Shown here in pieces: positions 26,797 to 38,019 of a stretch of DNA of 64,000 bases. How positions within the stretch are numbered: the stretch's first letter is position 1; each line of letters begins with the position of its first letter. The DNA is taken from positions 3,596,001-3,660,000 of the forward strand of contig JBHGNT010000020.1 of NCBI GenBank assembly GCA_043228905.1, written 5' to 3'. Position numbers and translations under genes: made by a program. This DNA comes from Azolla caroliniana. Its lineage: Eukaryota > Plantae > Polypodiophyta. Below the pieces are notes generated by a model. That model searched no databases. It was not told the origin of the DNA and was given only the letters and a program-made list of their open reading frames with translations.

Positions 26797-28937
26797 AATA
26801 GACGACCACAGCCGGAAGCTGTGGGCCACACCGTTGAAGACGAAGGATCAAGTGTTATCCGTCTTCAAGGAGCTCCACGCAAGAGTGGAAAGAGAAACCG
26901 GCTGGAAGCTGAAGGCGGTTCGAGCAGATAACGGAGGCAAATACCGGGGGCAGTTTGAGGAGTATTGCTGCTCGAAGGGAATCTGGCTCGAATATACCGT
27001 GCCGAAGACTCCGGAACTAAACGGGCTGGCCAAGAGGATGAACCGGACCATAATGGAGAGGGTCCGGATTATGCTGGCACATGCAAGGTTACCCAAGACG
27101 TTTTGGGCTGAGGCGCTAGCAACAACGACATACGTGATAAACAGACCACCCTTAGTGCCCTTTGATGGAGACACGCCGCAGAGAGTGTGGACCGGTAAGG
27201 AAGTGTCTTACCGGCATCTGAAGGTGTTTGGGTGTCTCACTTACGTGCATGTTGCAAAGGACCGGAGAGCCAAGTTGGATCCAAAGTCCCGGCCTTGCAT
27301 ATTCCTCGGATACGACGATGATGAGTTCGGCTACCGAGTGTGGGATCCGGTCGACAAGAAGGTGTTCCGAAGTCGAGATATTATCTTCATGGAGGACAAG
27401 AACCTTGCCGATTAGGAGTCGGAGAGGAAGATAATGAACTCCGAGTCGACCGGTAAGAATCGGTTCGATGGGATGCAAACCCAACCGGCAAGGAGCCGGT
27501 TAACCCTCAAAGAACCGGTTGGTTATGGTGAGGATACCGAACCGGCAGAAGAAGGAGAGGAAGCTGAAACCGGAACCGGACAAGACCCCGAATCGGATTC
27601 GGATGAAGAAAAAATAGAGGAGCCGGTTGCCAAAAACCAAAGACGAAGATATCCTCTCAGAGAAAGAAGAGCCCCCCGGAGATTTCCGGATGCAGAGCAT
27701 GTGCTGCTAACAGATGAGGAGGAGCTGGAAAGCTTCAAAGAAGCAAAGGAGGACACCCACAACCGCAAGTGGTTGAGTGCCATGCAGGACGAGATGGATT
27801 CCCTGCATGAGAACCACACGTATGAACTGATGGAGTTGCCGGAAGGAAAGCAGGCACTCCGGAATAAGTGGGTGTACAAGCTGAAATCGGGAGATGCTGG
27901 TAACCCCCCGAGATACAAAGCCAAGATCGTGGTGAAGGGGTTCCAGCAGAAGAAGGGCGTGGACTTCGACGAGATATTTGCCCCGATGGTAAAGATGACT
28001 TCTATCCGGACGGTGTTGAGCATAGCGGCAAGCATGGACGTCGAGGTAGAGCAATTAGATGTGAAGACGACATTCCTCCACGACGACCTCGAAGAGGAGA
28101 TCTACATGTAGCAACCGGAGGGATTTGTGAAGAAAGGGAAGGAGCACCTGGTTTGCCGGTTGAAGAAGAGCCTCTACAGTTTGAAGCAGGCTCCCCGGCA
28201 ATGGTACTGGAAGTTCGACTCCTTCATGATTGACCAAGGGTACCACAAGACGCAGGCCGATCACTGTGTATTTGTGAAGAAATTCGATGGAGGAGACTTC
28301 TTGATATTGCTCCTATATGTGGACGACATGTTGATCGTCAGACAGGACCAAACGAAGATTCAGATGCTAAAGAAGGCCCTTAACCGGACCTTCTCAATGA
28401 AAGACTTGGGTCCGGCAAGACAGATACTAGGGATGCATATCATCCGGGACCAATCAAAGAAGCAATTGTGGCTGTCACAGAAGAAGTACGTGACAAAGGT
28501 GCTTCAGCGGTTCAACATGTCAGATGCGAAACCGGTCGGATCAACACTCCCAGCAAACTGCAGGTTATCTGGTAAGCAGAACCCGAAGACGAAGGCAGAA
28601 AAGGCGGATATGATGAAGATACCATATGCCTCTACCGTCGGGAGCTTAATGTATGCAATGGTGTGTACCCGACCGGATATTGGATATGCAGTCGGAGTGT
28701 TGAGCCGGTTTATGAGCAATCCCGGCAAGGAGCACTGGAATGCAGTAAAGTGGATACTCCAGTATTTGAAAGGCACCTCAAGTATGTGTCTCCGATTTGG
28801 CTCTGGTAAACCCCAACTTGACGGTTTCACCGATTCGGATATGTTGGTTGATGCGGATACCAACTGGTCAAGATCGGGATATGTTATGACATATGCAGGG
28901 GGAGCTGTTTCGTGGCAGTCGAGGCTGCAGAAGACAG

Positions 28938-31629
28938 TGTCGCGAAAATACAACGAGGACACGTGAACTTGAGGCAGGACCCCAGGGCCTCCGACCAGAG
29001 GACATCACATTCGTGCTTTTATATTTTTAACAATTAACAGAAATAAGAAATTTAATAATTTCATTAACAAAGGAAAAGAAAGATTACAATCAATCCCAAG
29101 ATTGGGATTACAAAAAGTTAAGGTAATGGAGATTGTTGGAGTAATAGATTAGAAGAAACTAAGATACGGATTCGATGAGAAAATTAGGGTTTTGAGTGTT
29201 ATGGCTTTCAAGGGAAAATTAGGGTTTCAAGTGTTATGGCTTCCGTAGGGAAAATTAGGGTTTCGAGTGTTATGGCTTCAATAAGATAAGAGAGCTAAGA
29301 AGGAAAAGAAAAATAAAAATATGGAGAGATGATGAGTGTAGGAAAACAAACAGAATTTATATGGAGTTCTCCGTTGATCATAGCCTTCAATGTTACTTTG
29401 CATGCCCACTTTTAGTTGCATGGCCTCTACTTTTAGTTGCATCCATTTTTAGTTGCATGAATTTTTCTTTTAGTTGCATGCGACCGTCCACATGGCCTTT
29501 ACTTTAGTTTCCTTTACTTTACTTTAATTAGCCACATGATCCTATCATCTGTCCGTCTCAATCGCAGCCCATCCAATCCGTCTGGTCCGCATCCGTCCAG
29601 TCCGGTTCCGGTTTGATGACTAGCTGGTTTCGGTTTGATTGCCGACCGGTTCCGATTCACTTTTCGACTAGTTCCGGTTTGCTTACCGGTCGGTTCCATT
29701 TTGATTACCAACCGGTTCCAATTTGCTTACTGGCCGATTCCATTTTGATTACTGGCAAATTATGGTTTGCTTACCGACCGGTTCCATTTTATTACCAGTC
29801 GGTTTTTGGGAACTTGGCCACATTTATCCATCTAGACAAAGTGGCCAAAGTGCTCTTAGCACAAATGAAAAATAAGGGATCTCAATGTGCTTATATAGCC
29901 AGGGCCTTAAGTTTCCTATCTATATGGGATAAATCATTTCTATTTTACCTATCTTCTCAAACTTTATGTTCACATAACTTGATATGTAGTTGTGTATTTT
30001 ATATGTAGTAAAATGCGTTTTGAAGCTCTTGAGTACATCCATATTTCTATAACAAGCCACTAAGCTAATATAAAATACTTATTTTATTATTTATTATTAT
30101 TATTTTAAATAGTTTTCATATCGTGTGTGAAAAACCACACGACATTCACCCCCACCAAACCTACACATCCACCTGTATGTGCAATTGTAGTGAGGTTCCT
30201 CTTTTGATTATTCTACTTCATCGATGTTTCTTCTTTATACCTGAACCGTCGTTGCCATCCGATCCACCATATTCTTCGCTCACTCTTTGCATTTCCGTGG
30301 CTGGTTGCCATGGCTCCCTTTTCTCTTGTAGAGCATAATGCTTCATTCTTTGTGCATGTGCCACCTTCATCTCGACCATCTCCTTGGTCATCTAATTTTC
30401 TTTTATCATTTTTTCTTGTTCCATGCATGCCTTTCGAAGGCCTTATCGAAATACTATTCTTGAGTACTCTTAGTGATCTGTTCTTTAGCGGCATGTTTTC
30501 CTCTAGGTCCTTAAGTGACCACATTGCATGCTTCCCACTTTCTCCACTTTCATGGTATACTCTTGTGTTGAAGTTGACCATGAATTCTACGCTAGTATTA
30601 TCCTTTTTCGATTTTGTGATCACATCTTTCGGATCCGCTTGGCCCATTTGGCCCACGCTTTGCTTTCTAAACTTTGCTCAGTCTCTTTGTCGCACACGTC
30701 AGCTTTTGTCTTCGTGGTTTGCTTGACCTCTTTATTGTATACATCGGCTTTGTCAATCCACTTGTCACCACCTTCCATCTCTTGGGTCTTACATCGGTTA
30801 ATGCTCAAGTCTCTTGAACGAGTGTGGAGGGATCCATACATTTTCATAGTTTGTCTTTGTCGTGCTACCCTTAGCCGCTTCCACCTTATGGTTGTCCGCA
30901 TTGGCTTTGGCCTTTGTTTCTTCAGCGCCACCTTCCATCTCTTGGGTCTTACATTGGTTAATGCCCAAGTCTCAAGAACTTTTGTGGGGAAAGTCTCTTC
31001 ATGATCATTGTCTACCCTCTTCATCTTGACATCTCCCTCTTCTTCGCATGTGTTAGCTTCGGCCTTTACTTCCTCGCCACCACCTTCCGTCTCATGGGCT
31101 TACCGGCCGGTTCCATTTTGATTACTAACTGGTTCCAATTTGCTTACCGGTCGGTTCCATTTTGATTATCGGCAAATTCCGGTTTGCTTACCGACTGGTT
31201 CCGATTTGATTACCGGCCAATTCTGGTTTGCTTACCGGCTGGTTCCGGTTCCATTATCGGCCAATTCCATTTTATTACCAATCAATTTTTGGGAACTTGG
31301 CCATAATCATCCATCTAGACAAAGTGGCCAAAGTGCTCTTAGCACAAATAAAAAATAAGGGATCTCAATGTGCTTATATAGCAAAGGCCTTAAGTTTCCT
31401 ATCTATGTGGGATAAATCATAGTTCTATTTTCCATATCTTCTCAAACTTCATGTTCACATAACTTGATATGTAGTTGTGTATTTTATATGTGGTAAAATA
31501 CGTTTTGAAGCTCTTGAGTACATCCATATTTCTATAACAAGCCACTAAGCTAATATAAAATACTTATTTTATTATTTATTATTATTATTTTAAATAGTTT
31601 TCATATCTTGTGTGAAAAACCACACGACA
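28938..31629 (-). mobile_element. Non-autonomous LTR element G (related to E and H), internally deleted
   Basis: Full 3' LTR 28938-30144; PPT (TTCACCCCCACCAAA on +) 30145-30159; partial 5' LTR 31098-31629. 4-bp TSD ACAG/ACGG; removal restores I RNase H LQKTVALS. Internal repeats encode KTQEMEGGDK, similar to ETGETEGGD in H. Confidence 0.88.
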
Positions 31630-32814
31630 ACGGTTGCGTTGTCAATCTCAGAAGCTGAGTACATGGCAGTTGTGGAAGCTGGCAAGGAAATACTATGGAT
31701 GAAGGACTTCATCGAAGAGCTAGGGATCCGTCAAAGTGCCATCCACCTTGTGAAGAACGCAACATATCATTCCAGGACGAAGCATATCCAACGGAGGTAC
31801 CACTGGATCCGGGAGTGAGTCGAAGATCGGGAGTTCTTGCTGACGAAAATCCACACGAAGGAGAACGGGTCAAATATGCTAACGAAGGTGCTGACATCCG
31901 ACAAGCTGGACGCATGCCGGAGGTGAATCAGATTGACGAAGCATCCCATGCCGGAGTGAAGGGGGAGTTTGTTAGGATTTCGGTCCCTCCGAATGGGATA
32001 CAAGTACCCGGCAACAGAAGACCCGGTGAGAACCGGATGAGGAGTACCCGGCAACGGAAGATCCGTTGAGAACCGGATGATGCAGGCCCGGTGAGAACCT
32101 CTCATCGGATGAAGGGACATATATGTAAATATGTTCTAGAGAGCCCACTAGGGCTATATTTGTAAATAGCCCGAAAGTCATATTAGTATAAATATGACCT
32201 AGGGCAAACAATATCTAGAGATTTTTGGTGTTGTTATATTGTTGTAATTGCTGTACAGAGCGTAATAGGGAGAGTGAGAGAGGGAGCGATATAAAGAGTG
32301 TGTCTCTACTGTAACCGCCGCCAGGCGAAGGTTGAGAGCAAGAGGTCATTGCCTCTGTGCTCCCTGTTGTATTCCTTGACATAGTGATTGTTTGGAGTTT
32401 GTGGGCTCCCATGGTTTTCCCTCTTAGGGTTTTCCACGTTAACATACTGTGTACCCTCTCTCTCACATTGTCCGTGTATATGAGCATTTACTTTCATTGC
32501 CCATTTCTTTTGTGGTTGTGATTCTTACGAAGTGATTGAAGGCTCGGTTGTGGCCGAGCATTATTCCGCATATTCTTCACAAGACAACCGACATCTTCAC
32601 CAAATCCCTAGGAGCCGACAAGCTTCGGCAATTCATGTTAGACCTTGGATTGATGATCCGTGACTTGCCAAGCTTGAGGGGGAGTACAAGCGAGAACCGG
32701 ATACCGTCCGAACTGGGTACGAGCCGAAGCGAACACCGAAGATCGTCCGAACCGGATACCAGCCGAAGTGGACATCAACCGAAGTAGCCGACCAAAGTTT
32801 AGCTTGAGGGGGCA

Positions 32815-33113
32815 TGTTGAGAATCAAGCTCAACCTAGTCTAGTGTGTGAACACACCCTTGAGAGTGTGCACTCAAATGTCAAAAGTCACCACTCTTATC
32901 TACATATTAACTATGTGTCATAGAATCATATTCTATGACACATAACTAATGACTTTTCACATTCCCCATGACCCATGAGCTTTCGGTAGTTAATGAAGAG
33001 AGAGAGTGACTATATAAAGCACTCTCCTCTTACTTTGTAATTAGTTTGGTTAATCTCCTTTGTAATATACATCGTCTTGAGTATTCTATTAGTTTTCAAA
33101 TCTATTTATCTTG

Positions 33114-33152
<39 letters not shown>

Positions 33153-33219
33153 CACACACACTCACAACACATATCTCTAGTCTATTCCACTACGCAAGAA
33201 TCACCATCGATTCTTTATA
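32815..33219 (+). repeat. 3' LTR of A
   Basis: Direct repeat of 4981-5410; terminal CA mutated to TA; microsatellite length differs. Confidence 0.95.
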
Positions 33220-36200
33220 GCAGTCCACCATCTTCCTTAGTGCTCCGAAGCGTTGTTCTGGGAGTGACTTTGTAAGGCAATCAACGATGTTCACCTCGAT
33301 GTTGATCTTCTGGACTTCAGGCTTCTTCTTCGTTACGAGCTTCCGAATATGATGAAACCGCACCTCAACATGTTTCATCTTGCATGATGAACTGGGTTCC
33401 GAATGAGGCGTATTGCACTTTGTGAGTTGCAATAGATGGTTGGCGTTGGGTGGTTGATTGGGCTTGTCACTGAAAAATCGGCCGATAGTCGGTGTAGCCA
33501 AATTGCTTCCTTAGCTACATCGGACGCAACTATGTATTTGGCCTTTGTGGTTTGCAAGACCATATATTCTTGCAGTTTCGACCTCCATGATATGGCGTCA
33601 CTGCCATAGGTGAATATATAGCATGATGTCGACTTCTGATTTTCCAGATTGCCAGCGTAGTCAGAGTCAGTATAGCCTTCGACTTTGGTCGGATTGTCTG
33701 ATTCGAATGTCAATTGATTGTACATCTTCAATTCCTTGCAGATACCTGAAAATGTGCTTGATAGAATCCCAATGCTTCTATCCTAGGTTTGACATTTAGT
33801 AACTGACAACCCATACGACATATGCAAGGTCAAGTCGAGTCACCACCATTGAGTACATGATACTTCCTACGACCGATGCATAGGGTATCTTTCCATTGAG
33901 CTCTCTCTCCTTGTCGGTCGAAGGAGAGTCCATGTCTGTTAGTCATGTCGATGTCAGGAGAGGAGTCAATTCCGGCTTAGCATTCTCCATGTTAAACCAT
34001 CTAAGCACCTTTTGGAATTGGAGAGCCGGGAGAGTCTTCGTCATCCGATTTCGTTCGATCCTCATGCCCAAGATATGTCGGGCTTTTTTGAGTTCCTTCA
34101 TAATAAAAAATTCATGAAGGCTCTGCTTCAGTATTCTGATTTCGGCTTCATTGCTCTGTACAATATGCAATATCGTCGACATACAGGATTAGGTAGATCT
34201 AGAACTTGGCGGTCAATTGCCGGATATACCCTGCATGGGTCGGAGTCTGACCGGTTGTAACCGAGCTACCCAGATGTACAAATCAAATTTATGATACCAC
34301 ATACAAGGAGCTTGCTTTAAGCCATATAGTCTCTTCTTCAACTTGCAAATGAGGCAACCTTGCTCCCCCGTTGCCGTGAAGCCTATCAGTTGAGACATGT
34401 AAATTTCTTCATCGGGATCTCCATGAAGGAAGACCGTTTTGACATCTAGTTGTTTGAGCTCTAGGTTTTCCGTCGCCATGACCTCGAGAAGAAGTTGAAG
34501 GGTGGTCATTTTGACTACCGACAAGAAGATCTCACTGTAGTCAACCCCATGTTCCTGTTTGAAACCTTTGTTGACAAGCCGAGCTTTGCACTTGGGTTGC
34601 TCTGAACTAGATACATACTTGTATCGATAGACCCATTTGCATGGTAGCAGCTTCCAATCAACTGGTAATTCGATTAGCTCCCATGTCTTAGCTTCCTTGA
34701 TCGACTCCATCTCAGATACCATGGCTTGTAGCCATGTTTCGGCATCCGGTGCGGCTACAACTTCCTCATATGTGTTGGGTTCGCCTGCATCAGTGTAGTT
34801 CACATAGTCAAGGCCTAGTTGGTAAAACTTTGTTGGCCTTCTAACTCGTCCGGATCTTGGTTGCCGAATTGATTGGTTCAGATCCTTTGATCGACGCTTC
34901 AGGAGTCCTTATGGAGGACTCACCCCTTGCAATAGGATTTTGGTAATGTCAAATCATCCTCCCCTTCCTCGGGATCGATTGACATAGGAGTTGGTGCCTT
35001 GGCCAATTCAGCTCGGCTTTTGGGCACCTTTAGCCTATTTGGGCAATTTGGTCGATTAAACTCTATCTGTTTCCACTTTGTCTCTTTCGACTCTGCCCTT
35101 GTTAGCTTTGCTTTGGTTCAATGATTTGGCTCTTGCCAATCGTCATCCTTTGGCTTTATTAGTCCTTGCCGATTTTCCCTCTTTGGCCCTTTGAGTTATC
35201 TTTGCTGATTTGGTGCTAGTCAATCTTTTGGTCGAATCAAGTTTGATTTCGACTAGTGGAACTCTACCAATTTGCATTCGATAGGAAGGTCATTGGCTCG
35301 ATTGAATTCAAGTCGTTGTCAAATCTCCGTTTCAGCCCGGTCAGTCGGTCGGTCTTTCTACGAACGACTTGTCAAGGTCAAATGAGACCTTTTTGTAGAT
35401 TTTCTTCGGCTGGGTTGGGTTGGAGAATATTGAGTCTTCATTGAAGACTCAATACTACTTTGGATAAATTCTAGTTCTGCGGATCCCATAACCGACAGCT
35501 GAAGTTCCCATTTGTCTCGTAGCCAAGAAATATGCACTTAAGTGCATGGGGTGCCAGCTTGGTCCTTTTATCCCTAGGGAGGAAAGCATAGGCTTCGCAT
35601 CCGAATATATGGAGCCTATTGTAGGTTGGCTACTTTTGTAGGACCATAGTGCCTATGGCACTTCGAGCCGAACTACTCTCGACAATGATAGATTTATCAA
35701 GTAAACGACCATGTGCAGTGTCTCAGCCCAAAATTCTAGCTAGAGTTCGGAATGCTAGAACATTGCCGTCACTCTCTCTTGGATTGTCCAGTTCATGCGT
35801 TCCGCCACACCATTCTACATGGGAGAGTATGGAACAGTTCTTTGATGCCATATTCCTTTTCAGATACAGTTTGAACACTCGAGAGGTGTACTCACCTCCG
35901 TTGTCGGACCGTAGTGACTTCACTCGGTGTTTGGATCGGTTCTCCACTTTGGCTAACCATTGAGAGAAAACCTCGAGCGCTTCATCTTTGGGCTTCATCA
36001 AGTAAGCCCAAACCTTCAATGTACAATAATTTGTGAACGTGTTGAAGTACTGGGTCGATGTCACATATATCGGTGTGGATCAATTCTAGGGGTTGTTGTA
36101 CCATCTCATAATGGAGAGAGTGTAGATTTTGGGCTTGTTTCTTGTAACGACAATGCTCGCAAAAGTTTGAATTCAACTAGAATTTCGGGATGTAGCTTGT

Positions 36201-38003
36201 CACCATTAGCTGGTCTAGTTCTGTTTGAGACATATGGACGAGTCGTACATGCCCTAAGTTTGATTATGAGAAATAAGTTACATTCATGTCCCCTTCTGGA
36301 CTAATCGCCATCAACGAGTACAAGTTGTTGTGCTTGTATCCGCAACTGATTTTCATATTCCCTTGGAGGATCATCCATGAAGACTCACTTAGAGTCATAT
36401 GATACCTGGCTTCAGCTAGCATGCCGATGGCGACTAGACTCCTCTTCAACTTGGGTACACGCCAGACTCAGTGCAGAGTGATCGTATTCCCGTTTGGTAG
36501 TTGAATGGGGACCTCGCCGATCCTTGTGATTATGCACACCTGCCCATTGCCGAGCTAGATTGTGCTGCCGACGCCGGCCAAGTAGTTCAAAAACCATTCA
36601 ATATTGGGAGTTACATGAAAAGTGGCACCAAAATCTAGCAACCACATTCGTGCATCTTGCATGTTGTAGAGGACTTCACCGGTGGAGGATTCTTACAAGG
36701 AGAGAACCTCTCCCGGGGCTGCCGGTAGGACAATGATTCAACTCGGATTGTGCTTGTGTCCAAGAAAAATGTTGGCCGTGCATCTTTCTTTTTATTGACC
36801 AACAGTCAGAAAATTCCGACGAGTCTTTTGCAATGGATGCAGAAACTGCTTGATCGCATACCAGAATAGTCGAGACGTTCTAGAATAGGCCTGGCCTCTC
36901 TCCAAGTGCATACATGTCTATTTCCAGGGTTCTTCCTCATCCATAATACTTTGATTTCTAGATCTCGAGGATGTTGGACTAGAGCTCCTCAACTTCGACC
37001 ATTGTTGATTATCTTTCCTCCTCGGTCGATTAGGACTTCGGTCAATTCTCTCAGCTGAGTTGGTCGAGTAGTGGGCTTTTGCCGAAGCATCGATAGTGAG
37101 ACCCATCGATTTTCGCCGAATATCCTCAATGAGGACCTCTCCTATCGTTTCGTCAAAGTTCAAATTTGTACTGTTGTTGGAGAATGTCGTGTAGAATACT
37201 TCCAACTTGCCAATAAGCTCAAGAGGAGGGAAAGGGCTTTAACTTCTTCTTCAAAGTTAATCCCTTGGGAGGAGAGCTCAGACAACACCCGGTTGAAGGT
37301 GTTGATGTGGGAGGTCACCGTATCCGTCTCTCTCATCTTCATATTGAACAATAGTTAGATCAATATGAGTTTTGACGAGGAGGACTTCTTCTCATAAATG
37401 GCTTGAAGTTTCTCCCACAAAGAGAATGTTTTTGTCTCCTTTGCTATGCTGAAACATATGTCTTCAGCCAAGTGCATCTTGATGGTCGACTTGGCTATTT
37501 CGTCCAGGGAATGTTATTCTTCTTTTGTCATCGAGGACAACTTGTTGTTGTACCGTATTGCCTCGATTTGACACTGGATGATCAATACATCTTGCATCAT
37601 CTCCTTCCATAGGGCAAATCTCTTTCCATTGAACTTCTGGATTTCCACGTTTGTGTGGGATGTAGAAGCCATCTTCTAGAAGTGAGGTTTTGTTGACCTG
37701 GTCTTTTCGTTCAGCCGGTTCTTACTTCTTTTTTAGCTTTTTGCAATTGATTGCCACTGGACAACAAGCTCGCTTTGATACCAAATTTTGAATATGAAAT
37801 GAGGATGAATATGTGAGGACTTGCAAGGTGATGTGAAGCAAACAACATGGATAAGAAAGAGGAGTAAAATGTGCACGATAAGAAGCAAGAGAAATTAGAT
37901 GAAGCTCTAATGGAAACTTGGTATTCTCTTCTATAAATTTCTCTATACAATGTTACACTTGGTCTTATATATACCCATGCCCTAACTTGAGGTCGTGTTC
38001 ACA
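33220..38003 (-). mobile_element. Old, heavily degenerate Ty1/copia B (F-related lineage)
   Basis: Putative 5' LTR about 37786-38003; PBS TGGTATCAAAGC at 37783-37772. Gag MASTSHTNVEIQKFNG at 37672; LRSDNGGEY, QLDVKTVFLHGD, YTDSDYAG and KHVEVRFHHI with many stops. Confidence 0.85.
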
Positions 38004-38019
38004 CTTAAGGATACAATTT

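Larger units (their letters stand above)
19030..32581 (+). mobile_element. Ty1/copia element I (Tnt1/Tork-like), degenerate, host to F2 and G
   Basis: LTRs 19030-19716 and 31970-32581; TSD AGACA (19025-19029 / 32582-32586); PBS TGGTATCAGAGC 19720-19731; PPT GAAGGGGGAG. Gag MDGSLGGMFKLTGSNYSVWK; zinc knuckle CFYCGKPGHF; integrase, RT (LYVDDML) and RNase H pieces. Confidence 0.95.
4981..33219 (+). mobile_element. Ty1/copia element A, degenerate, host to nested E, F1 and I
   Basis: LTRs 4981-5410 and 32815-33219. PBS TGGTATTAGAGT at 5411 (tRNA-iMet type). PPT TTGAGGGGGCA before 32815. Gag starts 5587 (MGSALPSEKLD). Pol pieces: 10111-13016 (WFVDSGTSNHMT, VHSDVWGP, CLRSDGG, QMDVKN), about 18200-19029 and 32587-32787 (TDIFTKSLGADKL). 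Confidence 0.92.
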
